Origin: Spirochaetales bacterium
GTDB lineage: Bacteria > Bacillota > Clostridia > Christensenellales > UBA1242
Direction: 5' to 3'
Assembly (NCBI GenBank): GCA_050178795.1
Contig: JBFXFT010000004.1
Span: 25,630-89,629, forward strand
DNA length: 64,000 bases
The notes under the pieces are model-generated. The model searched no databases, was not told the DNA's origin, and saw only the letters and a list, made by a program, of their open reading frames with translations. Both the position numbers and the translations under genes were made by a program. Positions 7,940 to 18,107 of this stretch are shown in pieces. Positions within the stretch are counted from its first letter, which is position 1. Each line of letters starts with the position of its first letter.

Positions 7940-8664
7940 TGGAAGAGTTTAAAGTAAAAGCTATTGTATTAAAGGCAATAGATTATAAAGAAAAAGACAA
8001 AATAGTGCACTTATTTTCGCTAGAACACGGCAAGATAAGTGCTATTTTAAAAGGTGTAAGGAGCGAAAAAGCAAAACTAAAATTTGCCGCTCAACCTTTT
8101 TGTTTTGCCGACTTTATTCTCGTTAAAAAAGGCGACTTATTTATAGTAACAAATGTAGACTTAGAGGACAGTTTTTTTGACCTAACAAAAGACCTAAACA
8201 GTTATTACCTATCATTTACTCTACTTGAAATGGTAGATGTAGCACTTATGGAAGAGGAAGCAAATGCCCTTGTCTTCATCAATCTATTAAAAGCGCTAAA
8301 ACTAATTTGCTATGACAAAGTGAACGCTAAACTGGTCGTTTTAAAATTTGTTTTAGGTATGTTAAAAGTGCTTGGTTACAGGTTTAATTTTAACGAGTGC
8401 GAAGTTTGTAAGGCTAAATTTATAAACAAAAAGTTCTTAAACCTAGACAACGGCTCAATAGTATGTGGAAGTTGTCAAACAATAAATTCTAAACAGATGA
8501 CCGACAATGTTTTTAACTTAATAAAAGCACTATATGTAACAGAAATTGAGCGTGTAAACACAATAAACGCAAAAGATTCAGTTTTATTAGAAGCCTTAGA
8601 CCTTATGGTAAAAAACTTTGAGTATCGCACCGAGTCCAAACTAAAAACATTAAAAACACTGTAA
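7939..8664 (+). CDS. recO: DNA repair protein RecO
   Basis: N-terminal OB region, CxxC...CxxC zinc motif (CEVCKA...CGSC); synteny after era. Confidence 0.85.
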   Translation: MEEFKVKAIVLKAIDYKEKDKIVHLFSLEHGKISAILKGVRSEKAKLKFAAQPFCFADFILVKKGDLFIVTNVDLEDSFFDLTKDLNSYYLSFTLLEMVDVALMEEEANALVFINLLKALKLICYDKVNAKLVVLKFVLGMLKVLGYRFNFNECEVCKAKFINKKFLNLDNGSIVCGSCQTINSKQMTDNVFNLIKALYVTEIERVNTINAKDSVLLEALDLMVKNFEYRTESKLKTLKTL

Positions 8665-8782
8665 TTTAGTTAACTTCTTCGTTTACTATCTTGCGGCGCA
8701 AAACAGTCACATATTACATATATGCTCCTGCTTTGACGCCACAAGCCGAGCCTTGAATTTAATCTAAATTACCGTGTTTTTT
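8652..8782 (+). repeat. structured repeat, full copy 2 (subfamily A)
   Basis: 5' arm 8652-8669 contains the recO stop; CGTTTACT 8680-8687; CTCCTGCTT 8725-8733; GAGCCTTG 8748-8755; 3' arm 8764-8782 with T-run. Central 35 nt identical to copy 1. Confidence 0.9.
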
Positions 8783-8794
8783 GTTGTTATAAAT

Positions 8795-8850
8795 ATTACA
8801 AAATGCAAAACCACCACGAGCCTCGTACTTGCATAAATTAAAGGCTTTTT
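8795..8850 (+). repeat. 3' fragment of the structured repeat (copy 2b)
   Basis: attacaaaat junction, then ccacGAGCCtcgtacttgcataaattaaaggcttttt, resembling the 3' part of copy 4. Confidence 0.7.
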
Positions 8851-8866
8851 ATTATCATTGTTTAAT

Positions 8867-8884
8867 CTAAATTACAGTGTTTTT
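8867..8884 (+). repeat. second, perfect 3' arm complementary to the recO-end 5' arm
   Basis: ctaaattacagtgttttt is the exact reverse complement of 8652-8669. Confidence 0.8.
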
Positions 8885-8924
8885 CATTACAGTGCACAGA
8901 TTAAACTTTTTGTCATTTTTAATT

Positions 8925-8946
8925 AAGCCCTTTAATGGGCTTTTTT
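8925..8946 (+). terminator. conventional intrinsic terminator downstream of the recO repeat cluster
   Basis: aagccc/gggctt stem followed by tttttt. Confidence 0.65.
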
Positions 8947-9059
8947 ATTAAACTTTTTTCAACTAAATTGGCTTTTAAGCGGTAAAATATTTGCCTTAAT
9001 TTGGGGTTTATGTAACAATAGTAAATGGTATAAACTGATATATTAAAAGGAGAAAATTT

Positions 9060-11687
9060 ATGACAAAAAAATATGTTTATATGTTTGAAGAGGGCAACGC
9101 ATCAATGCGCGACTTATTAGGTGGCAAGGGTGCAAATTTGGCAGAAATGACAAATTTAAAACTACCTGTTCCACAAGGTTTTGTAATTAGCACAGACGCC
9201 TGCATCAAATATTATGACGACGGAGAAAAAATTAATGACGAAATTATTGAACAAGTAATGACTTCATTAAAAAAGATTGAAAAAATTAATAATAAAGGCT
9301 TTGGAGACGAGAAAAACCCACTTTTAGTTTCTGTTAGAAGTGGTGCAAGGGTTAGTATGCCAGGTATGATGGATACAGTATTAAACCTTGGTCTAAACGA
9401 CAAAACTGTTTTAGGGTTTGCAAAAGTTGGCAACGAGCGTCTTGCTTATGATAGTTACAGACGTTTTATTCAAATGTTTTCAAATGTAGTTATGGGTTTA
9501 GATATTTCTAAATTTGAGCACGCTTTGGAAAGTGCAAAAACTAAAAAAGGTGTAACGCTTGACACAGAACTAACTGCAAGCGACCTAAAAGCATTAGTTG
9601 CAGAATATAAAGTTATTTACAAAGGTTTAGCAGGAACAGAGTTTCCTCAAGACGTTAACGAACAACTTATTAAAGCAATTCAAGCAGTATTTATGTCTTG
9701 GCAAAACCCAAGGGCTATTGTTTACCGTAGATTAAACGATATTCCAGCAGAATGGGGCACAGCAGTAAACGTTCAAACAATGGTTTTTGGTAACAAAAAC
9801 GAAAATTCTGGTACAGGTGTTGCATTTACTCGTAACCCAAGTACCGGTGAAAAGGTGCTATATGGCGAGTATTTATTTAATGCACAAGGTGAAGACGTTG
9901 TTGCCGGTATTCGTACTCCTCAACCAATGGCAAAATTAAAAGACGAAAACGCAAGATTATATAGAGAATTTGAAATTATTTGCAACATTTTGGAAAGTCA
10001 CTATAAAGATATGCAAGATATGGAATTTACCATTGATGATGGCAAATTGTATATGTTACAAACAAGAAACGGCAAGCGTACAGCAAAAGCTGCACTTAAA
10101 ATTGCTGTAGATTTAGTAAATGAGGGCGTACTTGAAAAAGATCAAGCGTTATTAAAAGTAGACCCATTACAACTAGATGCACTTTTACACCCACAATTTG
10201 AAGAGAGCGCACTAAAAGAGGGCACAGTAATCACTCAAGGTTTGCCAGCAAGTCCTGGTGCAGGCAGTGGTGTTATTGTTTTTGACTCTCAAGACGCAAT
10301 AAAACTAAAAGAGCAAAAAATTAAAACAGTTTTAGTTAGAACAGAAACTTCACCAGAAGACATTGAAGGTATGAACGCAAGCGAAGGTATTTTAACCGCT
10401 CGTGGTGGCATGACCTCTCACGCAGCAGTTGTTGCTCGTGGTATGGGACTTCCTTGTGTTGCAGGTTGTAGCGAAATTAATATTGACGAAGAAGCAAAAC
10501 TATTTACAGTAAACGGCAGAACCTATAAAGAGGGCGATGCAATATCTATTGATGGCTCTACTGGTAAGGTTTATGACGGACGTATTAAGACCGTTCCAGC
10601 GACATTGAGTGGCGACTTTGCTACAATTATGGCTTGGGCAAAAGAGTACAAGTATTTGGGCGTTAGAACAAACGCAGACACCCCAGCAGACGCAAAACAA
10701 GCACTTGATTTTGGTGCAGAGGGCATAGGTCTAACCAGAACAGAGCATATGTTCTTTGAAGAGACAAGAATAAAAGCCGTTCGTGAAATGATACTAGCTA
10801 GCACAGTTGAAGAGCGCGAAAAAGCTTTAGCAAAAATTTTACCAATGCAAAGAGAAGACTTTATAGGACTTTACACAGTTATGAAGGGTTACCCAGTAAC
10901 AATTAGGTTCTTAGACCCACCTCTACACGAATTTTTACCAACTGAAGATGAGGACATAAAAGAACTAGCAAAAGAAATGGGCGTTACTTTTGAAACTTTA
11001 AAGCAAAAAACACTAAGTTTAAAAGAGTTTAACCCAATGTTAGGTCATAGGGGTTCAAGGCTTGCTGTAACATTCCCAGAAATTGCAAGGATGCAAACTC
11101 AAGCGGTAATAGAGGCAGCACTAACAGTTAAAAAAGAAAAAGGCTACGACATTAAGCCAGAAATTATGCTTCCATTAATTGGCGACAAAAAAGAGTTTGA
11201 CTTTGTTCGTGCAATAGTAGCAAAAGAAGCAGAAAGAGTTATAAAAGAGGCTGGGACATATCTTACTTACAAAATAGGTACAATGATTGAAATTCCAAGG
11301 GCGTGCCTATTAGCAGACGAAATTGCAAAATCTGCCGAGTTCTTTAGTTTTGGTACTAACGACTTAACTCAAATGACTTACGGCTTTAGTAGGGACGACG
11401 CAGGCAAGTTCCTAAGTGACTACTATAGTAACAAAATATTTGCATTTGACCCATTTAGCAAAATTGACTTTGATGGCGTAGGCAAATTAATTAAAATGGC
11501 AACTACTCTAGGTAGAGAGGCAAGACCAGACCTAAAAGTTGGTATTTGTGGCGAGCAAGGTGGCAACCCTGCAAGCGTAGACTTCTGCCACAACGCAGGT
11601 CTAAACTATGTAAGTTGTAGTCCATATCGTGTGCCGATTGCAATATTATCCGCAGCTCACGCAAACATCAAAAATAAAAAGAATTAA
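9060..11687 (+). CDS. ppdK: pyruvate, phosphate dikinase
   Basis: 875 aa; GGMTSHAAVVARGMG phosphohistidine motif; C-terminal PEP-utilising domain (GICGEQGG). Confidence 0.95.
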   Translation: MTKKYVYMFEEGNASMRDLLGGKGANLAEMTNLKLPVPQGFVISTDACIKYYDDGEKINDEIIEQVMTSLKKIEKINNKGFGDEKNPLLVSVRSGARVSMPGMMDTVLNLGLNDKTVLGFAKVGNERLAYDSYRRFIQMFSNVVMGLDISKFEHALESAKTKKGVTLDTELTASDLKALVAEYKVIYKGLAGTEFPQDVNEQLIKAIQAVFMSWQNPRAIVYRRLNDIPAEWGTAVNVQTMVFGNKNENSGTGVAFTRNPSTGEKVLYGEYLFNAQGEDVVAGIRTPQPMAKLKDENARLYREFEIICNILESHYKDMQDMEFTIDDGKLYMLQTRNGKRTAKAALKIAVDLVNEGVLEKDQALLKVDPLQLDALLHPQFEESALKEGTVITQGLPASPGAGSGVIVFDSQDAIKLKEQKIKTVLVRTETSPEDIEGMNASEGILTARGGMTSHAAVVARGMGLPCVAGCSEINIDEEAKLFTVNGRTYKEGDAISIDGSTGKVYDGRIKTVPATLSGDFATIMAWAKEYKYLGVRTNADTPADAKQALDFGAEGIGLTRTEHMFFEETRIKAVREMILASTVEEREKALAKILPMQREDFIGLYTVMKGYPVTIRFLDPPLHEFLPTEDEDIKELAKEMGVTFETLKQKTLSLKEFNPMLGHRGSRLAVTFPEIARMQTQAVIEAALTVKKEKGYDIKPEIMLPLIGDKKEFDFVRAIVAKEAERVIKEAGTYLTYKIGTMIEIPRACLLADEIAKSAEFFSFGTNDLTQMTYGFSRDDAGKFLSDYYSNKIFAFDPFSKIDFDGVGKLIKMATTLGREARPDLKVGICGEQGGNPASVDFCHNAGLNYVSCSPYRVPIAILSAAHANIKNKKN

Positions 11688-11806
11688 TTCGCACAATAAC
11701 TGCGTTTACTACACGGCTGTCTCAAACAGTCGTGTATGTTTTTATACGCTCCTGCTTGAAGACAACCGTGTGAGCCTTGTTCTTGCACAAATTAATTCTT
11801 TTTATT
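11673..11806 (+). repeat. structured repeat, full copy 3 (subfamily B)
   Basis: 5' arm 11673-11689 is the ppdK last codons plus TAA; perfect 17-nt complement at 11790-11806; CGTTTACT 11703-11710; CTCCTGCTT 11749-11757; GAGCCTTG 11772-11779. Confidence 0.9.
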
Positions 11807-11814
11807 GATAGAGT

Positions 11815-11851
11815 AAAGCCTTGAATTTATCAAAAATTAAAACTTTTTATT
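11815..11851 (+). repeat. 3' fragment of the structured repeat (copy 3b)
   Basis: aaAGCCTTGaatttatcaaaaattaaaactttttatt. The tail aaaattaaaacttttt recurs at 45895-45910. Confidence 0.65.
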
Positions 11852-11865
11852 GATTATAAAATAAC

Positions 11866-11893
11866 AAAAAAACCTCATTTATTGAGGTTTTTT
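11866..11893 (+). terminator. conventional intrinsic terminator downstream of the ppdK repeat cluster
   Basis: aacctca/tgaggtt stem followed by a T-run. Confidence 0.7.
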
Positions 11894-12037
11894 ATTGCTT
11901 ATTTTTTAGTGAAAAATATTTTTTAAAAAAAGTTTAGGAATTTTTAAACTTGCGTTGAATAATACTAGTATAGGGCTAATGATTAATTGGCAAGGGTTTT
12001 TATGGCGAATATTGCAATAAAAATACTTGGAGAGTAG

Positions 12038-13807
12038 ATGAATAACAAGGGTTACGACGACGATTTTAAAGAGAAATTAAAATTTAATAACGATATTGTA
12101 AGCGTCATAGGTAAGTATGTAACGCTACAACAAAAAGGCAAGAGTTATTGGGGCTGTTGTCCTTTTCATAATGAGAAAACACCAAGTTTTGCCGTAAATG
12201 CAACCGAGCAATATTACCACTGTTTTGGCTGTGGCGAGAGCGGCGATGTTATTAAATTTGTAGAAAAAATTGAAAATACAGACTTTATGTCGGCGGTTAA
12301 AATTTTAGCCGACAATGCTGGTATGGAAATACCTGATTTTTTAGGCGATGAAAGCATAAAAAAGAACAAAGAGAAGAAAGATTTAATATATAAAGCAAAC
12401 AAAGATGCAGCAATTTACTATAACAAGATGTTATTTACAGAAAAAGGCAAATTTGCACTAAACTATTTGTTTAAGCGTGGCGTAAATAAAGAGACTATTA
12501 TGAAATTTGGTCTTGGTGCAAGCATAGATTGGACTAGTCTAGTGACTTATTTAAAAAAACTAGGTCACAAAGAGCAAACTTTGCTTGAAGCAGGTTTAGT
12601 TGCAAAGGGCAATAATGGTTATTACGACATAATGGCAGAGCGATTGATGTTTCCTATTATAGACAGTTATAACAATGTAATTGGCTTTAGTGGAAGGGCG
12701 CTAAAAGACGGCAAGTTTGCAAAATATAGAAATACCGAACAAACCCTAGTATTTGACAAGGGCAAAGTTCTTTATGGCATTAATTTGTTGAAGAAGTTAA
12801 AGCAAAAAGAAGGCTTAAATGAAATAATTTTGGTAGAAGGTCAAATGGACGCAATAGCAGTTCATAATGCAGGCTTTGGCAACGCGGTTGCCTCAATGGG
12901 TACTGCACTAACAAAGTACCACGCAAAGGAATTTAAGCGCTTTGTAGACAAAGTTGTTGTTAGTTTTGACGGCGACGCAGCAGGGCAAAAGGCTACATTT
13001 AGGAGTTTAGACATTTTGCAAGAAGAAGACCTAAATGTTTACGTAATAGCACTACCAGAAAACCTTGACCCAGACGAATACATTAAAAAATATGGCAAAG
13101 AGGCATACGCAAAACTAGTTAAAGAGGCTGTGCCACTAAACGACTATAAAATAGAGGCAATAAGCAAAAAATTTGACTTAACAGACAACAGAGAGATTAT
13201 TAAATTTATTGAAACCGCACTTGAAGAGGTAGCAAAACTTAAAAAGATTTCGGAACGCGAAATTTACTTAAAAATGATTGCGGACAAAACCAAAGTTGAT
13301 GTAAATACACTACAAAAAGACTTAGATTACAAACTAAAAAACATAGATAAACCAGTAGAGGAAAATAGGCCAAGCGATAATGTTGTAAAGGACGCAAACT
13401 ATTTAGCGAGTGAGTTCATTTTAGCAAGCGTACTACACAAAAAGGACTATGCAAAACTACCTGAGATTGTGCTATTTGAAAATGATAATCACATAAAATT
13501 ACATAAGTTTTTAGATGAAGCAATAAACGATGGCAAAGAGTACAAAATTGGCAATTTATTTACAATTTTTAGCGTGGATGAAACACCCGCAATAAAGGAA
13601 ATTATTGATTATAACTTCACTGGCGAAAACCCAGAAAAGTATTTTAATGAGTGCGTAAAAAATTTGCAATTAGATTACTTATTTAGAAAGCAAAAACAAC
13701 TAATTACTGAATTTGAAAAAGAAACAGACGCCGAAAAGAAAAATAAAATAATGCAAGATTATCAAAAAATTACAAAAGAAATAAAAAATAAAAAGGTGGA
13801 GGGTTAG
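12038..13807 (+). CDS. dnaG: DNA primase
   Basis: Zinc finger CPFHNEKTPSF...CFGCGESGD; TOPRIM EGQMDAIA...DGDAAG. Confidence 0.95.
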   Translation: MNNKGYDDDFKEKLKFNNDIVSVIGKYVTLQQKGKSYWGCCPFHNEKTPSFAVNATEQYYHCFGCGESGDVIKFVEKIENTDFMSAVKILADNAGMEIPDFLGDESIKKNKEKKDLIYKANKDAAIYYNKMLFTEKGKFALNYLFKRGVNKETIMKFGLGASIDWTSLVTYLKKLGHKEQTLLEAGLVAKGNNGYYDIMAERLMFPIIDSYNNVIGFSGRALKDGKFAKYRNTEQTLVFDKGKVLYGINLLKKLKQKEGLNEIILVEGQMDAIAVHNAGFGNAVASMGTALTKYHAKEFKRFVDKVVVSFDGDAAGQKATFRSLDILQEEDLNVYVIALPENLDPDEYIKKYGKEAYAKLVKEAVPLNDYKIEAISKKFDLTDNREIIKFIETALEEVAKLKKISEREIYLKMIADKTKVDVNTLQKDLDYKLKNIDKPVEENRPSDNVVKDANYLASEFILASVLHKKDYAKLPEIVLFENDNHIKLHKFLDEAINDGKEYKIGNLFTIFSVDETPAIKEIIDYNFTGENPEKYFNECVKNLQLDYLFRKQKQLITEFEKETDAEKKNKIMQDYQKITKEIKNKKVEG

Positions 13808-13810
13808 ACC

Positions 13811-14872
13811 TTGATTTACGAAAAATACAAGATAGACATAGACAAAATTTTTAAGACTTTTAAGAAAAAAGGTGTTGTAATTGAGGAAGACATTTATTTA
13901 AGATTTTTAAAGTATAATTTATCGGCAAAAGAAGTAGAAGAAATAATTGAATATTTAAAGTCGCAAGATATTAAAATTATTCCAAGCGAAGAGCAAGAGG
14001 GCATTGAGCCAGCAGAAATGGATGATTTAATAAATCAAGCAAGTGTTAGCGACCCAGTCAAAATGTATTTTAAAGATATGGGCAAAGTGCCACTACTATC
14101 TGCCGATGAAGAGATTGAACTTGCAGAGGCAATGGCAAATGGCGACGAGGCAGCAAAAGCAAGGCTTAGCGAGGCAAACTTGCGTCTAGTTGTATCAATA
14201 GCAAAGCGCTACACAGGTAAAAGCGGTATGCAATTTTTGGACCTTATTCAAGAGGGCAACATCGGTTTACTTCGTGCGGTAGAAAAATTTGACCATACCA
14301 AAGGGTTTAGGTTTTCCACTTACGCAACTTGGTGGATAAGGCAAGCAATTACACGTGCTATTGCAGACCAAGCAAGGACAATAAGAATACCTGTACACAT
14401 GGTTGAAACCATTAACAAACTAAGTAGAGTTAGTAAAAAGTTGCTTCAAGAGTTAGGTCGTGAACCGACCCCAAAAGAAATTGCTAAAGAACTTAATATG
14501 CCAGAGGAAAAAGTTGCAGAAATTCAAAAAATTGCGCTTGACCCAATAAGTCTTGAAAGCCCAGTAGGCGAAGAAGAGGACAGTAAAATTGGCGACTTTA
14601 TTGAAGATGAAACAAGTTTAAACCCAGCAGAAGCTGCAAATAGGGCAATGCTAAAAGAGCAATTACTTGCAGTTATTGACACTTTGACTCCTAGGGAGCA
14701 AAAAGTAATAAGGTTGCGTTATGGACTTGATGATTCGCACCCAAGAACCTTGGAGGAAGTTGGACGTGAGTTTAATGTAACTCGTGAGCGTATAAGACAA
14801 ATTGAGGCAAAGGCTTTAAGGAAACTTAGACATCCAAACAGAAGTAAAAAATTAAAGGATTTTTGTGAATAA
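13811..14872 (+). CDS. sigA: primary RNA polymerase sigma factor (sigma-A/RpoD)
   Basis: [32 protein letters not shown], region 4 [20 protein letters not shown]; TTG start; dnaG-sigA pairing. Confidence 0.95.
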   Translation: MIYEKYKIDIDKIFKTFKKKGVVIEEDIYLRFLKYNLSAKEVEEIIEYLKSQDIKIIPSEEQEGIEPAEMDDLINQASVSDPVKMYFKDMGKVPLLSADEEIELAEAMANGDEAAKARLSEANLRLVVSIAKRYTGKSGMQFLDLIQEGNIGLLRAVEKFDHTKGFRFSTYATWWIRQAITRAIADQARTIRIPVHMVETINKLSRVSKKLLQELGREPTPKEIAKELNMPEEKVAEIQKIALDPISLESPVGEEEDSKIGDFIEDETSLNPAEAANRAMLKEQLLAVIDTLTPREQKVIRLRYGLDDSHPRTLEEVGREFNVTRERIRQIEAKALRKLRHPNRSKKLKDFCE

Positions 14873-15563
14873 GATGGGAACAGTATTAAATTTAGGAAAG
14901 AGGCTAGAAACAGTTGTAGACTTTTGTTCTAGAACTAGAGTAATAGCAGACATAGGTTGCGATCACGGGCAAGTTACTGCCGAACTTATTTTGGAGGCAA
15001 AGGCTTACAATGTTATTGCAAGCGACATAAGTAAAGACAGCATAAACAAAGCGGTTAGACTATGTAGCACGCTAAACATTTTGCCGTTTGTAAGTTTTAG
15101 AGAGGGCGATGGCTTTGCGCCAATAAGTAGGTATGACGATGTTGACTGTGCCGTTATTGCTGGCATGGGCGGAAGCGAAATAATCAACATTTTAAAGGAG
15201 AGCAAAATTAGGGTCAATGAACTAGTTTTACAACCTATGAAAGATGAGGTTAAACTTCGCGGTTACTTGTTACAAATAGGTTTTAAGATTGTTGAAGACA
15301 AAATAGTCAAAGAAAATGATAATTTTTATACTGTAATTAAAGCAAAAGATGGTAAAATGAAAATAACCGACTTGGAACTTTATTTTGGCGTTACCAATTT
15401 AAGAGAGTTCAATCCAGAATTTTCTGAGTATTTGTATGTTGAAAAGCAAAAATTATTAAAAGTTGAACAAATGGTTGGGGAGTTATCTAAGGCACATAAG
15501 TCACAATTAGCGCGCATTGATAAAGTCTTAGATATGATTGCAAATAAAGAAATAGGAGAATAG
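14865..15563 (+). CDS. trmK: tRNA (adenine22-N1)-methyltransferase TrmK
   Basis: DIGCDHG SAM-binding motif, position after sigA. GTG 14865 (AAGGA SD) or ATG 14874. Confidence 0.8.
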   Translation: MNKMGTVLNLGKRLETVVDFCSRTRVIADIGCDHGQVTAELILEAKAYNVIASDISKDSINKAVRLCSTLNILPFVSFREGDGFAPISRYDDVDCAVIAGMGGSEIINILKESKIRVNELVLQPMKDEVKLRGYLLQIGFKIVEDKIVKENDNFYTVIKAKDGKMKITDLELYFGVTNLREFNPEFSEYLYVEKQKLLKVEQMVGELSKAHKSQLARIDKVLDMIANKEIGE

Positions 15564-15570
15564 GAACGAG

Positions 15571-16266
15571 ATGTTAGATAATTTTTTAGAATATCAAAAA
15601 TTGGATGCTCAGTTATTAAGTTTGGAAAAACAAGTGGCAGACAATACAAATAAAAAACAAGCGAATTTAATGATTATGTTTATTAAAGATGCACAAGAAA
15701 AAAGCAAAGACCTAGACGATAAAGCAGGCAAATTAATAGCAGAACTTGAAAAACTAAAAGAGGTAAAAGATAAAGGTTTTAACTTTGTTGAAAAGTACTC
15801 AAAGCAAAATTTAGAGGGTTTAAGTTTTGACGAACTTAAGGCACTTGAAAGCAGTGTAACCGCTGCAATCAACAACCTAAAAGAAGTAGAAAAAAGAATT
15901 TTAGTAAACTCTGAAAAAATGAACGCAATGCTTACAGAATTTGAGACTACTAAGAAAAAAGTAATGTTGGCAAGGCAAAAGCACAAGGAGCATAAAGAGG
16001 TTTATGACAAACTTGTGGCAGATACTGAACCTCAAATTAAAAAGATACAAACGGCTTTAAAACAAAAGGAAAAAGACCTAGATAAGGAACTATTTGAAAA
16101 ATATAAAAATTTGCGTAAAGATGGAATTTTCCCAATAGTTGTTGAATTAAAGGAAGGCGCTTGTAGCGGTTGTGGTATGGGGCTTGCTTCAAACACTCTT
16201 GCAAAGTTAGACCAAAAAGGTTACTTACAATGTGAGCAATGCAGGCGAATTATTTACTCTAAGTAA
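15571..16266 (+). CDS. coiled-coil zinc-ribbon protein (COG1579/DUF164 family)
   Basis: Long coiled coil, then C-terminal CSGCGM...CEQCRRI zinc ribbon. Confidence 0.7.
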   Translation: MLDNFLEYQKLDAQLLSLEKQVADNTNKKQANLMIMFIKDAQEKSKDLDDKAGKLIAELEKLKEVKDKGFNFVEKYSKQNLEGLSFDELKALESSVTAAINNLKEVEKRILVNSEKMNAMLTEFETTKKKVMLARQKHKEHKEVYDKLVADTEPQIKKIQTALKQKEKDLDKELFEKYKNLRKDGIFPIVVELKEGACSGCGMGLASNTLAKLDQKGYLQCEQCRRIIYSK

Positions 16267-16273
16267 TATGTTA

Positions 16274-16310
16274 AACAAAAACAACTCTTTTAGGGGTTGT
16301 TTTTTGTTGT
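16274..16310 (+). terminator. intrinsic terminator
   Basis: aacaaaaacaac/gttgtttttgtt 12-bp stem, T-rich tail. Confidence 0.7.
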
Positions 16311-16381
16311 TTTAATTTATAAATTTTATTATAATAAGTTGAGTTGCTGTGTACTTAGTAGCACCAAATGAGGATTAACGC

Positions 16382-17437
16382 GTGAGAAACAATATTACAA
16401 TAAAAGTGGCACTTTTAGTTTTAGGTATAGTGGTAGGAGCAGGCTTTGCCAGTGGAAGAGAAATACTTACATTTTTTGGCGATTATGTGCCCTATTATCC
16501 ATATATGTTAGTCTTACTTTCTTTGATAGTTGTATACATAATTTATATTTTCATTAGAGTTGGTAAATTCATAAAACCTAAGGGTGTAAACGACATAACA
16601 AAGGTCGTAGTTGGCAAGTTTTCGCCAATACTTGATATAGCCATTTTGTTTAGTCTTTTTGACAGCGTTTTTGCTATGTTTGCGGGCGCAGACGCACTAG
16701 CCGCACACGTAATAACAGGCTATAGTTTTCCATACTTTGGAATATTGCTCGGCATAATTGTAATAGTAGTTGTACGCGGTGGCTTTACGAGAATTTTAAA
16801 GACCAATTCAATTATTGTTCCAATTATGATTGCGCTAGTTTTACTTGTTACAGTTGTATTTTTAACATCTGGTACACTTGGCACAGTTACAACCACAACG
16901 CCAGAGGGCATTTTAGGGGTAGGTGAGGCACTAGCATCAATAATACTTTATGGCAGTATGAATATGCTTGCGGTAAGCATTCTTGTTGCCGAAATGGGAC
17001 CAATAATTAAAAAAGAAAGCACTCTAAAAATTGGCATTTTGTCAGCAATTTTAATAGTTGGTTGTGTGTTTATTGTACTATTTACTTTACTAAACAGTTC
17101 CGACGCCGTATTTGTGGCAGAGATGCCTATGATTGTGCTATCATTTGGGCTTGGAAATGTGTTTGGTTACCTATATAGCGTAGTTATTTTGTTTGGCATT
17201 TTAACCACGGTTATCGCTTGTAGTTTTGCTTTATTTAACTGGGTAAATACATTTATAAAGAACAGATTTTGGGCTATTACAGCAATAGTAATTGCTGCAT
17301 TTACAATAAGTAGGCTAGGTTTTTCAAACATTGTAAGCATTTTTTACCCTATTGAGGGGGCTCTAGGTCTTGTGTTTATAATATCTGTTCTTGTTTACTA
17401 TTATAGGCACAGAAAAGAAATAAAAGAATTAAACTAA
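16382..17437 (+). CDS. YkvI-family multi-pass membrane protein (putative transporter)
   Basis: VGAGFASGREILTFF N-terminal motif, about 10 TM helices; GTG start. Confidence 0.6.
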   Translation: MRNNITIKVALLVLGIVVGAGFASGREILTFFGDYVPYYPYMLVLLSLIVVYIIYIFIRVGKFIKPKGVNDITKVVVGKFSPILDIAILFSLFDSVFAMFAGADALAAHVITGYSFPYFGILLGIIVIVVVRGGFTRILKTNSIIVPIMIALVLLVTVVFLTSGTLGTVTTTTPEGILGVGEALASIILYGSMNMLAVSILVAEMGPIIKKESTLKIGILSAILIVGCVFIVLFTLLNSSDAVFVAEMPMIVLSFGLGNVFGYLYSVVILFGILTTVIACSFALFNWVNTFIKNRFWAITAIVIAAFTISRLGFSNIVSIFYPIEGALGLVFIISVLVYYYRHRKEIKELN

Positions 17438-17482
17438 TTTTGGTTTAAAACGACATAAATTTTTTGGTTTAAACACTACACA

Positions 17483-17505
17483 AGCACATAAATATGTGCT
17501 ATAAT
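17483..17505 (+). promoter_or_regulatory. extended -10 promoter for pgsA overlapped by an 18-nt palindrome
   Basis: agcacataa/atatgtgct (17483-17500, 16 of 18 symmetric); TGcTATAAT 17497-17505. Confidence 0.45.
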
Positions 17506-17530
17506 CAGTTGCAAAAAAGGGGGGCAATTT

Positions 17531-18070
17531 ATGAAGAATAAAACATTGACAATACCAAATATTCTTACTATTTTCAGACTATTTTTAGTGCCTGTTTTTG
17601 TTCTCATTTATTTTTATGTAGATAAAACTTTAGCCCTAGGAGTGTTTTTACTCGCTAGCGCGACAGATGTTTTAGATGGGTATTTGGCACGTAAATTTAA
17701 TTGGATTTCTGACATTGGTAAAGTTTTAGACCCACTTGCCGATAAGAGTTTAAGGGTTACACTTGTAAGCGTATTTTTTGTAGACGGAGTTTTGCCTTTG
17801 TGGGTACTACTTATAATGGTTATCTTTGACTTAGGGCTTGTCCTTACTAGCGCCGTATTATTTAAAAAGAAATACGTGGTAAGCAGCAATATTTTTGGCA
17901 AAGTAGCAGAAATTTTTGTTGTTGTTAGTTTTGTACTTTGCTTTTTTGCTAATAGCGTTTCGCCATGGCATTTATATGCGGTGTATTTAAGTTTAATATT
18001 AATTTTAATTTCTATAGTTATCTATGGTTTGGAAGTACTAAAAAATTATGGCAAGCATAGAGAAAAATAA
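17531..18070 (+). CDS. pgsA: CDP-diacylglycerol--glycerol-3-phosphate 3-phosphatidyltransferase
   Basis: CDP-alcohol phosphatidyltransferase motif DVLDGYLARKFNWISDIGKVLDPLADK. Confidence 0.9.
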   Translation: MKNKTLTIPNILTIFRLFLVPVFVLIYFYVDKTLALGVFLLASATDVLDGYLARKFNWISDIGKVLDPLADKSLRVTLVSVFFVDGVLPLWVLLIMVIFDLGLVLTSAVLFKKKYVVSSNIFGKVAEIFVVVSFVLCFFANSVSPWHLYAVYLSLILILISIVIYGLEVLKNYGKHREK

Positions 18071-18074
18071 ATCA

Positions 18075-18107
18075 AAAATGGATGAAAATTTACTCATCCA
18101 TTTTTTT
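18075..18107 (+). terminator. intrinsic terminator after pgsA
   Basis: aaaatggatga/tcatccatttt stem followed by a T-run. Confidence 0.75.
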
